DNA from: Sphingomonas sp.
Lineage (GTDB): Bacteria; Pseudomonadota; Alphaproteobacteria; Sphingomonadales; Sphingomonadaceae
Direction: 5' to 3'
Length of the DNA stretch: 64,000 nt
NCBI GenBank assembly: GCA_002707985.1
Contig: PAOI01000023.1
Location: 1,483-65,482, forward strand
Shown here: positions 42,026 through 51,608 of the stretch, piece by piece
How the letters are laid out: every line of letters starts with the position of its first letter
Numbering within the stretch: position 1 is the stretch's first letter
Notes under the pieces: generated by a model
Database searches by the model: none
Told to the model about the DNA's origin: nothing
The model's input: only the letters and a program-made list of their open reading frames with translations
Made by a program: the position numbers and the translations under genes

Positions 42026-44275
42026 TCAGTAAACGTAGTTCAGGCGAATGCCGACGGTACGCACGGGATTGGTCGACACGGTGCGCGCCGAAATGAACCG
42101 GTTGCGCGTTTCCTGCACATAGGCGTCAAACAGATTGTGGACGTAGAGCGCGATCTGAAAACGCTCGTCAGGCGGCGAAATCGTCAGATTGGCGTTGGCG
42201 AGCCAGAAGGCCGGGATCACCGACAGGTCCGACGTGCTGTAGCGGTCGCCGCGGCGGTTCCAGTTGATCTCAGGCGTCACTGCCCAGTTCGCGATCGGCA
42301 GGCGCCATGAGATCGCACCCTTGTAATCGAGGCCCGGCAGCGGCAGGCGTTCGCCGGCGCGATCGACATAGGTGATCGTGGTTTCGCCGGTTACCGGATC
42401 GGTGACGGCGGTGCTGGGCGCCATGAACTCGTCAAAATGGCCGATCTTATAGGCGACCGACTGGCTGATCTGGAGGCCGTCGACCGGAACCGCCGTGATT
42501 TCCAGCTCGCCGCCCCAGATATTGGCGCGCGGCACATTGACGATGCGTCCGACGCGTGTGTTCGCGCCGGTATAGATGACGCCCTGAAGCTGATAATCGT
42601 GATAGTCGTAATAGAAGCCCGCGGCATTCACGCGCAGGCGATTGTCCAGAAACTCCGATTTGACGCCGACTTCATAGGCGATCAGCCATTCGGGGTCATA
42701 AGGGTCGAGCTGCTGGGGAATGCCGCTGTTATAGGTGGTGAAGCCGCCCGACTTCACGCCGCGGGAGATGCTGGCATAGGCATGGGCGTCCTGTGCCACC
42801 TGCCAGTCGAGCGCGACCTTGCCCGACCATTCGTTCATTTCCCGGCGCGGATCGGCGCTGGCCCGCAACGTATAGGTGGGCCACAGGATTTCGCTGCGGA
42901 AATTGTTGAGTCTGCGGATCTCGTGCTCGAAGCGGACACCGCCCGAAAGCGTCAGCGACGGCGTCAGATCCTGTTCCAGATTGACGAAGCCCGCCAGCGT
43001 ATGGACGCGCTGCTGATAGCTGGTTTTCCAGATGTTGCCGAGCGACGGATAATCCGAAAAGTCGGAATAAAAGCCGCCATCGACTGACTCGGCGGCGTAA
43101 TAGGTGCCAAGCAGCCAGCGGGTCGCGCCGCTTTGCGGTGAGGCCAGACGGATTTCCGCGCTGTCGATATCGATATCGTTGAAGAAGAAGGTGCCGGCTT
43201 CGTTGGAAGCCGTGCCGTCCCAGTCGTTGAACTCGCGCCGTTCGAAATGGCGATGCGCGGCAATGGCGGTAAGCGTGGACCAGCCGAAATCGCTGGTCAG
43301 GTGGATCGAGCCGCCATAGCCGGTATTGTCACGAAACGGCTTGGCATTCGGGCTGGCGCCGATGAGGCTCGCAAATTCGGAAGAAATGCCCCAGCCGGTG
43401 ATGCGGTGATCGGTATCCGCGGGATAAAAGCGGCCGCTGGCGTCGGTAAAATCCTGAAGCAGCTGGAGACCGCGACCGTCGGACTTGTTCCGGCTGTAAT
43501 CGCCTTCGAAATCGATACGGGTCGCGGCGCTGAGATCCCAGCGCAGCCGCACGCGCGCCGCATTCTGATTGCGATCGCCCAGCTCTTCGCCGGTATCGCG
43601 ATTGACCTGCCAGGCGCCACCCTGCGCGGTCATCACGGAAAGCCGTGCGCTCAGCGTGTCACTCAATCCTCCGGTGACATAGCCCTGAAGGTCGAAGGCA
43701 TCGAAGCTGCCATAGCTTACGCCCACACCGGCATGGAATTCATGGCTCGGGGCACCGGTGACGATATTCACGGCGCCGCCGGTGGTGTTGCGGCCATAGA
43801 GCGTTCCCTGCGGCCCGCGCAGAACTTCGATGCGATCGATGTCGAACATCACATCCTGCGTCATCACGCCATAAGTGAGCGGCACTTCATCGAGATAGAC
43901 GCCAACGGTGTTGGTATTGTTGGCCGCATAATCGGTGCCGCCGACGCCGCGCATGCGAAATTGCGGCTGGCCGCCGCCGAACTGCTGATCGATTTCCAGG
44001 CTGGGGACGCTGTTTTCCAGGTCGGATACGGTCTGGATATTGCGATTTTCCAGCTGGTCGCCACCGATCACGGTCAGTGCGGCGGGCACGTCCTGCTCGG
44101 TCTGTTCGCGATGCTGCGCGGTAACGACGATCTCGTCGATGCGCGATCCATCCTGATTGGTGGAAACGCTGGCATCCTGTGCCAGGGCGGGTGTGGCGAT
44201 TCCGGCAGCCACGGCAAGCGCGCAGCAGGAAAGGAGCAAACGCGTATGCGTTTGCGACAGCAAAAATCGGTACAT
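42026..44275 (-). CDS. TonB-dependent receptor
   Basis: Signal peptide, EIVVTAQ TonB box, IEVLRGPQGTLYGRNTTGGAVN plug, C-terminal aromatic residue. Confidence 0.95.
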   Translation of the reverse strand: MYRFLLSQTHTRLLLSCCALAVAAGIATPALAQDASVSTNQDGSRIDEIVVTAQHREQTEQDVPAALTVIGGDQLENRNIQTVSDLENSVPSLEIDQQFGGGQPQFRMRGVGGTDYAANNTNTVGVYLDEVPLTYGVMTQDVMFDIDRIEVLRGPQGTLYGRNTTGGAVNIVTGAPSHEFHAGVGVSYGSFDAFDLQGYVTGGLSDTLSARLSVMTAQGGAWQVNRDTGEELGDRNQNAARVRLRWDLSAATRIDFEGDYSRNKSDGRGLQLLQDFTDASGRFYPADTDHRITGWGISSEFASLIGASPNAKPFRDNTGYGGSIHLTSDFGWSTLTAIAAHRHFERREFNDWDGTASNEAGTFFFNDIDIDSAEIRLASPQSGATRWLLGTYYAAESVDGGFYSDFSDYPSLGNIWKTSYQQRVHTLAGFVNLEQDLTPSLTLSGGVRFEHEIRRLNNFRSEILWPTYTLRASADPRREMNEWSGKVALDWQVAQDAHAYASISRGVKSGGFTTYNSGIPQQLDPYDPEWLIAYEVGVKSEFLDNRLRVNAAGFYYDYHDYQLQGVIYTGANTRVGRIVNVPRANIWGGELEITAVPVDGLQISQSVAYKIGHFDEFMAPSTAVTDPVTGETTITYVDRAGERLPLPGLDYKGAISWRLPIANWAVTPEINWNRRGDRYSTSDLSVIPAFWLANANLTISPPDERFQIALYVHNLFDAYVQETRNRFISARTVSTNPVRTVGIRLNYVY

Positions 44276-44363
44276 TGCGACCCCGTTTTCTTTGTTATTA
44301 CGCCCGCCAGGAAAGGGGGCGGCCCAGCGGTTCGGCCGGGCTCGCGTCCGCTAGGGCCCCAAG

Positions 44364-44403
44364 ATGACGGCAACGCTTCCGGATGTTGAAGCTTTGATGT
44401 CAG
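44364..44403 (-). promoter_or_regulatory. Putative Pho box array upstream of TBDR-phoD
   Basis: Minus-strand half-sites TGACAT, CTTCAA and CGTCAT at 0, +11 and +33 (11-bp phase). Confidence 0.5.
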
Positions 44404-44635
44404 TCGCGAAATTTCGCATGCGGCGTTCGCTTCGGAAAAACGCCCGGTGCGACGGCAAGCCCGGTCGCGGCATCGGTGGTGCGGTGGCTGACGAGCGCCG
44501 CTATCGGGTTGGAAAGCCGCCGATTATTGGCAGATCGCACCATGGTCCCGGCAAAGGGAAGCTGTGCCTGCGGGCATTTCCCGCACAAAACCGGCATTTC
44601 TGCGCTGTTAACCAAGATGGTGCAAACCGGAACAG

Positions 44636-46261
44636 ATGGTTCGTTCGTCCGCACTTGCCACGGCGCTGATGCCGTTCGCCTGGCTGCTTTTGCCGGTGGG
44701 GCTGTATTTTGCGCTGTTTCATCCTGCAACGCTCGACATCGCCAATGCCGGATGGCTGCTTCAGGGCACCGACAATGGCGAAAATGCGCTTGGTCTGCAC
44801 GCATGGCTGCACGATGAGGATGCCGGGCTGGCGCTAAGTACGGAGTTGCTTGGCGCGCCGTTCGGAACGCCGTTGCTCTTTACCGACAGCAACCCGCTGC
44901 TCGCGCTGATCGTGGCGCCGTTCACGCCGCTGCTGCCCCCCGATGCGCAGTTCGTCGGCTGGTGGGTGCTCGTCAGCCTGTATCTCCACCTCTATTTCGC
45001 GCGCAGGCTGCTGGCGCCCTATGCGCCGGGCGATCTGGCTTTATGGGCGGGCGCGGCGCTGATGACCGCGCTGCCGACGCTGTTCAATCGCTTCGTCCAC
45101 GTCAATCTGATGGCGCACTGGCTGATCCTGTGGGCGCTGTGGCTGTTCCTCGATCCCAAACGGGCGCGCGACAATCGCTGGTGGATCGCGCCGATCGCGC
45201 TGGCGACATTGGTCCATGCCTATCTGCTCGTCATGGTCGCGGCGATCTGGGGCAGCGCGATGTTGGCTGCGTTCGTCGCGGCGCGCGGCGCAGGACCACG
45301 AATATGGCTAGTCGCGAGCGCCACCGGCATTCTTGCGATGGTCGCGGTTCTGGCATGGTGGCTTGGCGCTGGCGGCGCCTATGATCTGACCGGTAGCTAT
45401 GGCGCCTTCGCCATGCCGATCGATGCGTTGTGGAACCCGGGCAACCCGTCTTATTCGAACTTCCTGCCCGCAATCGAACAGCGCGAAGGGCGCGGCTTCG
45501 AGGGATTTCAGTATCTCGGCCTCGGCCTGCTCCTGCTGATGCCGCTGGCGCTGTTCGCTGCCGTGCGCGATCCCGCTCCCAGGGCGCAGCGGGGCGTGTT
45601 TCGCCGGCTGGCGTGGCTGTTGCCCGCATTGATCGTGCTGACGGCCGTCGCGGTGAGCAACCATCCCGATTTCGCCGGACAAAGACTGCCGCGTTTCCTG
45701 TTGCCCGATTTCCTTGCGCCCATGCTCGACATGGTACGCGCATCGGGGCGGCTGTTCTGGCCCGTCGCCTATACGCTGGTGTTCGCTGCGATCCTGCTTG
45801 CCTATCGCATGAAGCGGGCGCGGGTCGGGCTGGCGCTTACCGCGCTGCTCGCGATCCAGATGGTCGATCTGGCGGGCATGTTCACGGCGATCCGCGGCAC
45901 CAGCGCGATGGCGCAAACCCATCGCCTTTATGATCGCACGCCCGATCCGCGCTGGGACGACATCATCCGTTCGTCGCGCGACGTGGCGTTCGTGCCGGCG
46001 GACGTGACGGGCGATCTGGAACTCTATCAGGAAATCGCGTGGCGTGCGGTCAAATTCGGGCGGCCGATGCGCAACGTCTATGCCGCGCGGATTTCGCGGC
46101 AAATGAAAGCGCGCGATGCCGCCGACGCCGCGCATTTCGAACGCGGCGCGCTTGATCCGCGGCGGCTCTACATCCTTGGCCGCGACATTCCCGTCCCACC
46201 CGAACGCGAAGTGACGACCATCGACGGCGTGCGCGTCATTCTGCCCGAACTCCGCTCCTGA
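44636..46261 (+). CDS. Multi-pass membrane protein, DUF6311-like (possible GT-C glycosyltransferase)
   Basis: LLFTDSNPL, EGFQYLGLG, RASGRLFWP; many TM segments. Confidence 0.7.
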   Translation: MVRSSALATALMPFAWLLLPVGLYFALFHPATLDIANAGWLLQGTDNGENALGLHAWLHDEDAGLALSTELLGAPFGTPLLFTDSNPLLALIVAPFTPLLPPDAQFVGWWVLVSLYLHLYFARRLLAPYAPGDLALWAGAALMTALPTLFNRFVHVNLMAHWLILWALWLFLDPKRARDNRWWIAPIALATLVHAYLLVMVAAIWGSAMLAAFVAARGAGPRIWLVASATGILAMVAVLAWWLGAGGAYDLTGSYGAFAMPIDALWNPGNPSYSNFLPAIEQREGRGFEGFQYLGLGLLLLMPLALFAAVRDPAPRAQRGVFRRLAWLLPALIVLTAVAVSNHPDFAGQRLPRFLLPDFLAPMLDMVRASGRLFWPVAYTLVFAAILLAYRMKRARVGLALTALLAIQMVDLAGMFTAIRGTSAMAQTHRLYDRTPDPRWDDIIRSSRDVAFVPADVTGDLELYQEIAWRAVKFGRPMRNVYAARISRQMKARDAADAAHFERGALDPRRLYILGRDIPVPPEREVTTIDGVRVILPELRS

Positions 46262-46279
46262 GCGGCGGGCCGGACAGGC

Positions 46280-46609
46280 TTATTGCCGCGTGCGTGTCGG
46301 CGCGTGAAAATCGGGTGGCTTGTTCGCGATCCATTTGAGGAACGCGGCAAGCCGGGGATGCGAGCGCAGCGATGCGATGCCGTCGATCCGCGCCAGTTCC
46401 GCATTGGTGAATTGCGCGTGGATCGCCCGGTGGCAGATCGGATGCACCGGAACGGTATCGCGCCCGCCCTGGCTTTTGGGCAACGGATGATGTCGCTCGA
46501 TGCGATGTCCCAGCGGTCGCCCGCATAAGGCACAGTCAGCCCCGTCGGGCGAAGCAGCGTTGTCCTGCAGCGCGGCAAGCGCCGCTTTGCGCTTCACGCG
46601 TCCGCGCAT
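46280..46609 (-). CDS. Small HNH endonuclease family protein
   Basis: CALCGR...HHPLPKSQGG...HPICHRAIH. Confidence 0.85.
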   Translation of the reverse strand: MRGRVKRKAALAALQDNAASPDGADCALCGRPLGHRIERHHPLPKSQGGRDTVPVHPICHRAIHAQFTNAELARIDGIASLRSHPRLAAFLKWIANKPPDFHAPTRTRQ

Positions 46610-46745
46610 GGTGTGTCGCCCGTGTCGCTGCCCGATCGCTGCATCTATCCTCCGCTGGCGCCGCCGATCCGATAGTGTATGCCCGCTTTTCTGCCCGGAA
46701 AACCGCCGGAATCGATATTGGCTTCGCGCTTGTTCAGCATTTCTT

Positions 46746-46788
46746 CGTCAATTTGCGCGACAGCTCGCACCTGTCGGCAAAATTTACA
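46746..46788. promoter_or_regulatory. Putative PrsR (NtrC-family) binding sites
   Basis: TGTCGG-caaaa-TTTACA (46772-46788, TGT-N11-ACA) and weaker CGT-N11-ACA (46746-46762). Confidence 0.55.
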
Positions 46789-46807
46789 CCGGGGTGTCGA
46801 GCGCGCG

Positions 46808-48196
46808 ATGATTCGTCTGTTCAATCATTATGTCCCCAATGCAGTACTGCTGCTGGGCTTGCTTGACCTGACGATGCTGCTTGTTGCGGGCGAAGTCGGG
46901 TGGATCATCCGTGCGCATCAGATCGGCATGGAACTCGACCCGCTGGTCGATCGCATTCCGCAACTGATCACCTTCGCATTCACGCTGCAGGTCGCGATGA
47001 GCGCGGTCGGCGTGTACGGATCGGATTCGCTGCAGTCGCTGCGCCATGCGGTCGCGCGGCTGATCGTGTCGATTTCGCTGGGGATCATTTTCCTCAGTGC
47101 GATTTCCTTCATGATACCGGCGATCAGCTTCTGGCGGTCGAACCTCCTCTATGCGATGGCCGCGGCGCTTTCGCTGCTGATCCTGCTGCGGATCCTGCTC
47201 GGCTCGACGCTGGGCAGTCAGGTGTTCAAGCGGCGCGTGGTGGTGCTGGGTGCAGGCCGGCGCGCGGCACGGCTGAAGGCGCTTTCGCGCACGCCGGGAT
47301 CGGGCTTTGTCATTGTCGGCTATGTCGCGATGAGCGAGGCCAACAACGTGATCCCCGAAGCGATCGCGCGCGACGCCATCTATAATCTTGCCGATCATGT
47401 TGTCCTTCTGAACGCCAGTGAAGTGGTGCTGGCGCTCGAGGAACGGCGCAATGCACTGCCGCTCAAGGATCTGCTGCGGATCAAGACGACCGGCGTCCAT
47501 GTCAACGACACGTCGACCTTTCTGGAACGCGAGACGGGGCGCGTCGATCTCGACAGCGTCAATCCCAGCTGGCTGATCTTCTCCGATGGTTTTTCGTCGG
47601 GGCGGATGTTCTCTGCCGCGTTCAAGCGGCTGTTCGACGTGATTGCCAGCCTGACTTTGCTCGTGCTGACGCTGCCGGTGGTCCTGTTCACGGCATTGCT
47701 GGTCAAGATCGACAGCAAGGGCCCGGCTTTCTATCGCCAGCGCCGAGTCGGCCTGTATGGCGAGGGGTTCGATATCATCAAGCTGCGCTCGATGCGGATC
47801 GATGCCGAAGTCGCCGGAACCGCAGTCTGGGCGGAAAAGGACGATCCGCGCATCACGCGTGTCGGCCGCATTATCCGCAAGCTGCGGATCGACGAATTGC
47901 CGCAATGCTGGACCGTGTTGAAAGGCCAGATGAGCTTTGTCGGCCCGCGCCCCGAACGCCCGCAATTCGTCGAGGAACTGGAACAGCAGCTGCCCTATTA
48001 TGCCGAACGGCACATGGTGAAGCCGGGCATCACCGGCTGGGCGCAGATCAACTATCCCTATGGCGCTTCGATCGACGATTCGCGTCAGAAGCTGGAATAT
48101 GATCTTTTCTATGCGAAGAATTATTCGCCTTTCCTCGACATCCTGATTCTCCTCCAGACATTGCGCGTGGTGCTCTTCCCCGAAGGCGCGCGCTGA
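46808..48196 (+). CDS. PEP-CTERM/XrtA-associated sugar transferase (priming glycosyl-phosphotransferase)
   Basis: KRLFD, KLRSM, DPRITRVG..IRKLRIDELPQ, MSFVGPRPERP, KPGITGWAQ; upstream of prsK. Start at ATG 46808. Confidence 0.92.
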   Translation: MIRLFNHYVPNAVLLLGLLDLTMLLVAGEVGWIIRAHQIGMELDPLVDRIPQLITFAFTLQVAMSAVGVYGSDSLQSLRHAVARLIVSISLGIIFLSAISFMIPAISFWRSNLLYAMAAALSLLILLRILLGSTLGSQVFKRRVVVLGAGRRAARLKALSRTPGSGFVIVGYVAMSEANNVIPEAIARDAIYNLADHVVLLNASEVVLALEERRNALPLKDLLRIKTTGVHVNDTSTFLERETGRVDLDSVNPSWLIFSDGFSSGRMFSAAFKRLFDVIASLTLLVLTLPVVLFTALLVKIDSKGPAFYRQRRVGLYGEGFDIIKLRSMRIDAEVAGTAVWAEKDDPRITRVGRIIRKLRIDELPQCWTVLKGQMSFVGPRPERPQFVEELEQQLPYYAERHMVKPGITGWAQINYPYGASIDDSRQKLEYDLFYAKNYSPFLDILILLQTLRVVLFPEGAR

Positions 48197-50253
48197 TGGC
48201 GGCAACGGTCGTCCTGTGGACGCACGCGCTTGCCGCGATGCTGTTCGGGGCGGTCGCGCTCTGGGCGTTCGGCCGTACCGAAAGCGGTGCGCCGCGCGGG
48301 CCGCTGGGCGTCGCGCTGGCGATGACGGCGCTTTGGGCGCTGGCGGTGGCTGGGATCGGAAGCGCCGAAATGGTCACCGGTCTGGTCGAAGCGGCGCGCA
48401 ACATCGCCTGGTTCGGTTTCATGCTGGTGCTGCATCGGCGCGACGGGGCCGCGCGCCCGCGTTTTGCGCTGGCGACCGTTTACGGTGTGGTCAGCCTGGT
48501 CACGATCGTCGCGGCGGGGCTCAACCTGCTCGCCTATGCCGCCGCGCCGCTGCTCGCCGAGCAATTCGTCAATGCCAGCGTGCTGCTGCGCATGCTGGTC
48601 GCCGTGGCCGCGCTGGTGCTGACTCAGGCGCTGCATTCGGCGGTCGCGCCATCGGCCAGCCGCGGGCTGCGCTGGATCGTGCTGTCGCTCGGCGCGCTGT
48701 GGCTCATTCATCTCAACATGCTCGGCGCCGCCTATCTGCTCGGCCATCTTCCCGTCGATCTTCAGGCGCTGCGCGGACTGGCGATGGGCGTGGTCGCGAT
48801 CGGCGTCGCCGTCGGACTGCAGCGCAAGGGCGAATGGACGATGCAGGTGTCGCGCACCGTCGCCTATCAGTCGCTGTCGCTCGCCGGGATGGGGGCATAT
48901 CTCGCGTTCGTGGCGCTCGCGACCAGCGCGCTGGCGACCGTGGGGGGCAGCCATGCGCGATTGCTTCAGACGGCTTTCGTCTTCGGCTCGACCGCCGCGG
49001 TGCTGACGCTGATTTCCTCGCCCTGGGTGCGTGCCTGGGCGAAGGTGAAGCTCGCCAAGCATTTCTTTCGCCACCGCTATGACTATCGCGCCGAATGGAT
49101 GCGGTTCACCGAAACGCTCGGCCAGCCCGACGGGACCGCGCCGCTCGACGAACGCATCGTCAAGGCGATTGCCGACATGACCGATTCGCCTGCGGGCATC
49201 CTGTTGGTGCCGGAAGGCGCCGGGCTTGCGCAGGGCGCCAGCTGGAACTGGGATGCGGCGCGGCTTCCACTGCGATTCGACGCCGCGCTGGCGCAGCATC
49301 TTGCCGAGACGGGGCGGATCATCGAACTCGATTCGCTGCGCGAAGGCGATGGGGGCGATGCCGGCGATCGCGCGGCGGTGCCCGCTGCCCTGCTTGCAAT
49401 GGGACGTGCATGGGTACTCGTCCCACTGCCGCATTTCGGCGCGCTGGCCGGTGCGATCCTGCTCGCCCGCCCGCCGATCAATCGTCCGTTCGACTGGGAG
49501 GATTTCGACTTGCTCAAGGTCGCCGGGCGCCAGGCGGCGAGCTTTCTTGCCGAAGCGCGCGCGCAAGAGGCTCTGGCCGAGGCCGAAAGGTTCGAAGAGT
49601 TCAACCGCCGCTTCGCCTTCATCCTGCACGACATCAAGAATCTGGTGAGCCAGCTGACGCTGGTCGCGCGCAATGCCGAACGCCACGCCGACAATCCCGA
49701 ATTCCGCGCCGACATGGTCGCGACGCTGGGCGATTCGGTCGACCGGATGAACGCACTGCTGGCGCGCCTGTCGCAGACCAATCGCGTTCGCGCCGATGCG
49801 CCTCAGCCGGTGGATGTCGCGCCGATCCTGGCGCGAATCGCGGCGGGGCGGCGCAGTCAGCACCCGGTTGCCATCGAGGTTTTCGAACCAGTCGTGGCCC
49901 TTGCCGACCCGGTCCGGCTCGAACAGCTGATCGAGCATTTGGTGCAGAATGCGATCGAGGCGAGCGCGACCGGCGTGCCGGTTCAGCTCGTCGCGCGCGT
50001 TGCTGCGGGTCGTGTGACGATCGATGTGGTCGACCATGGCTGCGGCATGTCGCCGGCCTTTGTTCGCGACAAGCTGTTCAAACCGTTCGTCTCTTCGAAA
50101 GTCGACGGCTTCGGCATCGGTGCGTTCGAGGCGCGCCAGCTTGCCGCCGCGATGGCCGGTACAGTCGATGTGGAATCGCAGGAAGGGAGCGGCAGCCGGT
50201 TTCGCGTGACGCTGAAGGCGGCACAGCACAGGGATGTGGAGCAGGCGGCGTGA
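48196..50253 (+). CDS. prsK: PEP-CTERM system histidine kinase
   Basis: Multi-TM N-terminus, KHFFRHRYDYRAEW, GAF-like region, FAFILHDIKN, GFGIGAFEAR. Confidence 0.9.
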   Translation: MAATVVLWTHALAAMLFGAVALWAFGRTESGAPRGPLGVALAMTALWALAVAGIGSAEMVTGLVEAARNIAWFGFMLVLHRRDGAARPRFALATVYGVVSLVTIVAAGLNLLAYAAAPLLAEQFVNASVLLRMLVAVAALVLTQALHSAVAPSASRGLRWIVLSLGALWLIHLNMLGAAYLLGHLPVDLQALRGLAMGVVAIGVAVGLQRKGEWTMQVSRTVAYQSLSLAGMGAYLAFVALATSALATVGGSHARLLQTAFVFGSTAAVLTLISSPWVRAWAKVKLAKHFFRHRYDYRAEWMRFTETLGQPDGTAPLDERIVKAIADMTDSPAGILLVPEGAGLAQGASWNWDAARLPLRFDAALAQHLAETGRIIELDSLREGDGGDAGDRAAVPAALLAMGRAWVLVPLPHFGALAGAILLARPPINRPFDWEDFDLLKVAGRQAASFLAEARAQEALAEAERFEEFNRRFAFILHDIKNLVSQLTLVARNAERHADNPEFRADMVATLGDSVDRMNALLARLSQTNRVRADAPQPVDVAPILARIAAGRRSQHPVAIEVFEPVVALADPVRLEQLIEHLVQNAIEASATGVPVQLVARVAAGRVTIDVVDHGCGMSPAFVRDKLFKPFVSSKVDGFGIGAFEARQLAAAMAGTVDVESQEGSGSRFRVTLKAAQHRDVEQAA

Positions 50254-51608
50254 CCGATACCAAACCCAAATTGCTGGTCGTCGAAGACGATACCGGTCTC
50301 CAGCGCCAGCTGCGCTGGGCCTATGAGGATTATGAGGTGCTGGTCGCAGGGGACCGCGAAAGCGCCATTGCAATGCTGCGCGCCGAACAGCCGCCGGTCG
50401 TGACGCTGGACCTTGGCCTGCCGCCCGATCCCGATGGCACCAGCGAAGGCTTTGCGACGCTGGAAACGATCCTGTCGCTGCAGCCCGATACCAAGGTAAT
50501 CGTCGCGTCGGGCCATGGCGCGCATGAATCGATGCTCCACGCGATCGCAGCTGGCGCATGGGATTTTTATCAGAAGCCGATCGATATCGACGCGCTGGGG
50601 CTGATCGTCGCGCGCGCCTTTCACGTCCATGCGCTGGAGGCGGAAAATCGACGACTTGCCGAGCGCGCGGAGGCAGCGACCGTGCTGGGCGGGATGATCA
50701 CCGGCGCGCCCGAAATGCTCAAGGTCACCCGCACGATCGAGCGGGTTGCCGGTGCCGATGTTTCGGTGATGCTGCTCGGTGCCAGCGGGACCGGCAAGGA
50801 ACTGCTCGCACGCGGGCTCCATGATGCGAGCCCGCGCAAGGGCGGGGCGTTCGTCGCGATCAACTGCGCCGCGATTCCGGAAACGCTGCTCGAAAGCGAG
50901 TTGTTCGGGCATGAGAAGGGCGCCTTCACCGGCGCAGTGAAGACCACCGAGGGCAAGATCGAACTTGCCCATGGCGGAACCCTGTTTCTGGACGAAGTGG
51001 GCGACATTCCGCTGGCGTTGCAGGTCAAGCTGCTGCGCTTCCTTCAGGAGCGGGTGATCGAGCGGATCGGCGGTCGCAAGCCGATCGCGGTGGACACCCG
51101 CATCGTTTGCGCGACGCATCAGGATATCGATGCGATGGTCGCCGACGGGCGGTTCCGCGAAGACCTCTACTATCGGCTCGCCGAAATCGTCGTGCGCATT
51201 CCTTCGCTTGCCGAACGGCCCGGGGATGCGGGCCTGCTCGCGCGTCATTTCCTGCGCAAATATGCCGATTCGATGAAAATGGGGGTCAAGAATTTCGCCC
51301 CCGATGCGCTCGCCGCCATCGATGCCTGGCACTGGCCCGGCAATGTCCGCGAGCTGGAAAATCGCGTGAAGCGCGCGGTCATCATGGCCGACGGCAAATC
51401 GGTTTCGGCAGCCGACCTCGATCTGGAGAGCGCGGCGGAGGAACGCGGCCCGATCAACCTCAAGGCGGCACGCGAAATGGCCGACCGCAAGGCGATTCGC
51501 CACGCGCTGGCGCGGGCCGAAGGCAATATCTCCGGCACCGCACGGCTGCTGGGGATCAGCCGACCGACCCTTTATGACCTGATGAAGAATTATGACCTCC
51601 AGCCCTAG
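50250..51608 (+). CDS. prsR: PEP-CTERM system sigma-54-dependent response regulator
   Basis: [33 protein letters not shown], Fis-type HTH; GTG start overlaps the prsK stop. Confidence 0.92.
   Translation: MTDTKPKLLVVEDDTGLQRQLRWAYEDYEVLVAGDRESAIAMLRAEQPPVVTLDLGLPPDPDGTSEGFATLETILSLQPDTKVIVASGHGAHESMLHAIAAGAWDFYQKPIDIDALGLIVARAFHVHALEAENRRLAERAEAATVLGGMITGAPEMLKVTRTIERVAGADVSVMLLGASGTGKELLARGLHDASPRKGGAFVAINCAAIPETLLESELFGHEKGAFTGAVKTTEGKIELAHGGTLFLDEVGDIPLALQVKLLRFLQERVIERIGGRKPIAVDTRIVCATHQDIDAMVADGRFREDLYYRLAEIVVRIPSLAERPGDAGLLARHFLRKYADSMKMGVKNFAPDALAAIDAWHWPGNVRELENRVKRAVIMADGKSVSAADLDLESAAEERGPINLKAAREMADRKAIRHALARAEGNISGTARLLGISRPTLYDLMKNYDLQP

Noticed and set aside
49095-50249. N-terminal extension making an 837-aa PrsR
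   Set aside because: Overlaps prsK in another frame and is Arg-rich and non-protein-like; the receiver domain starts at GTG 50250.
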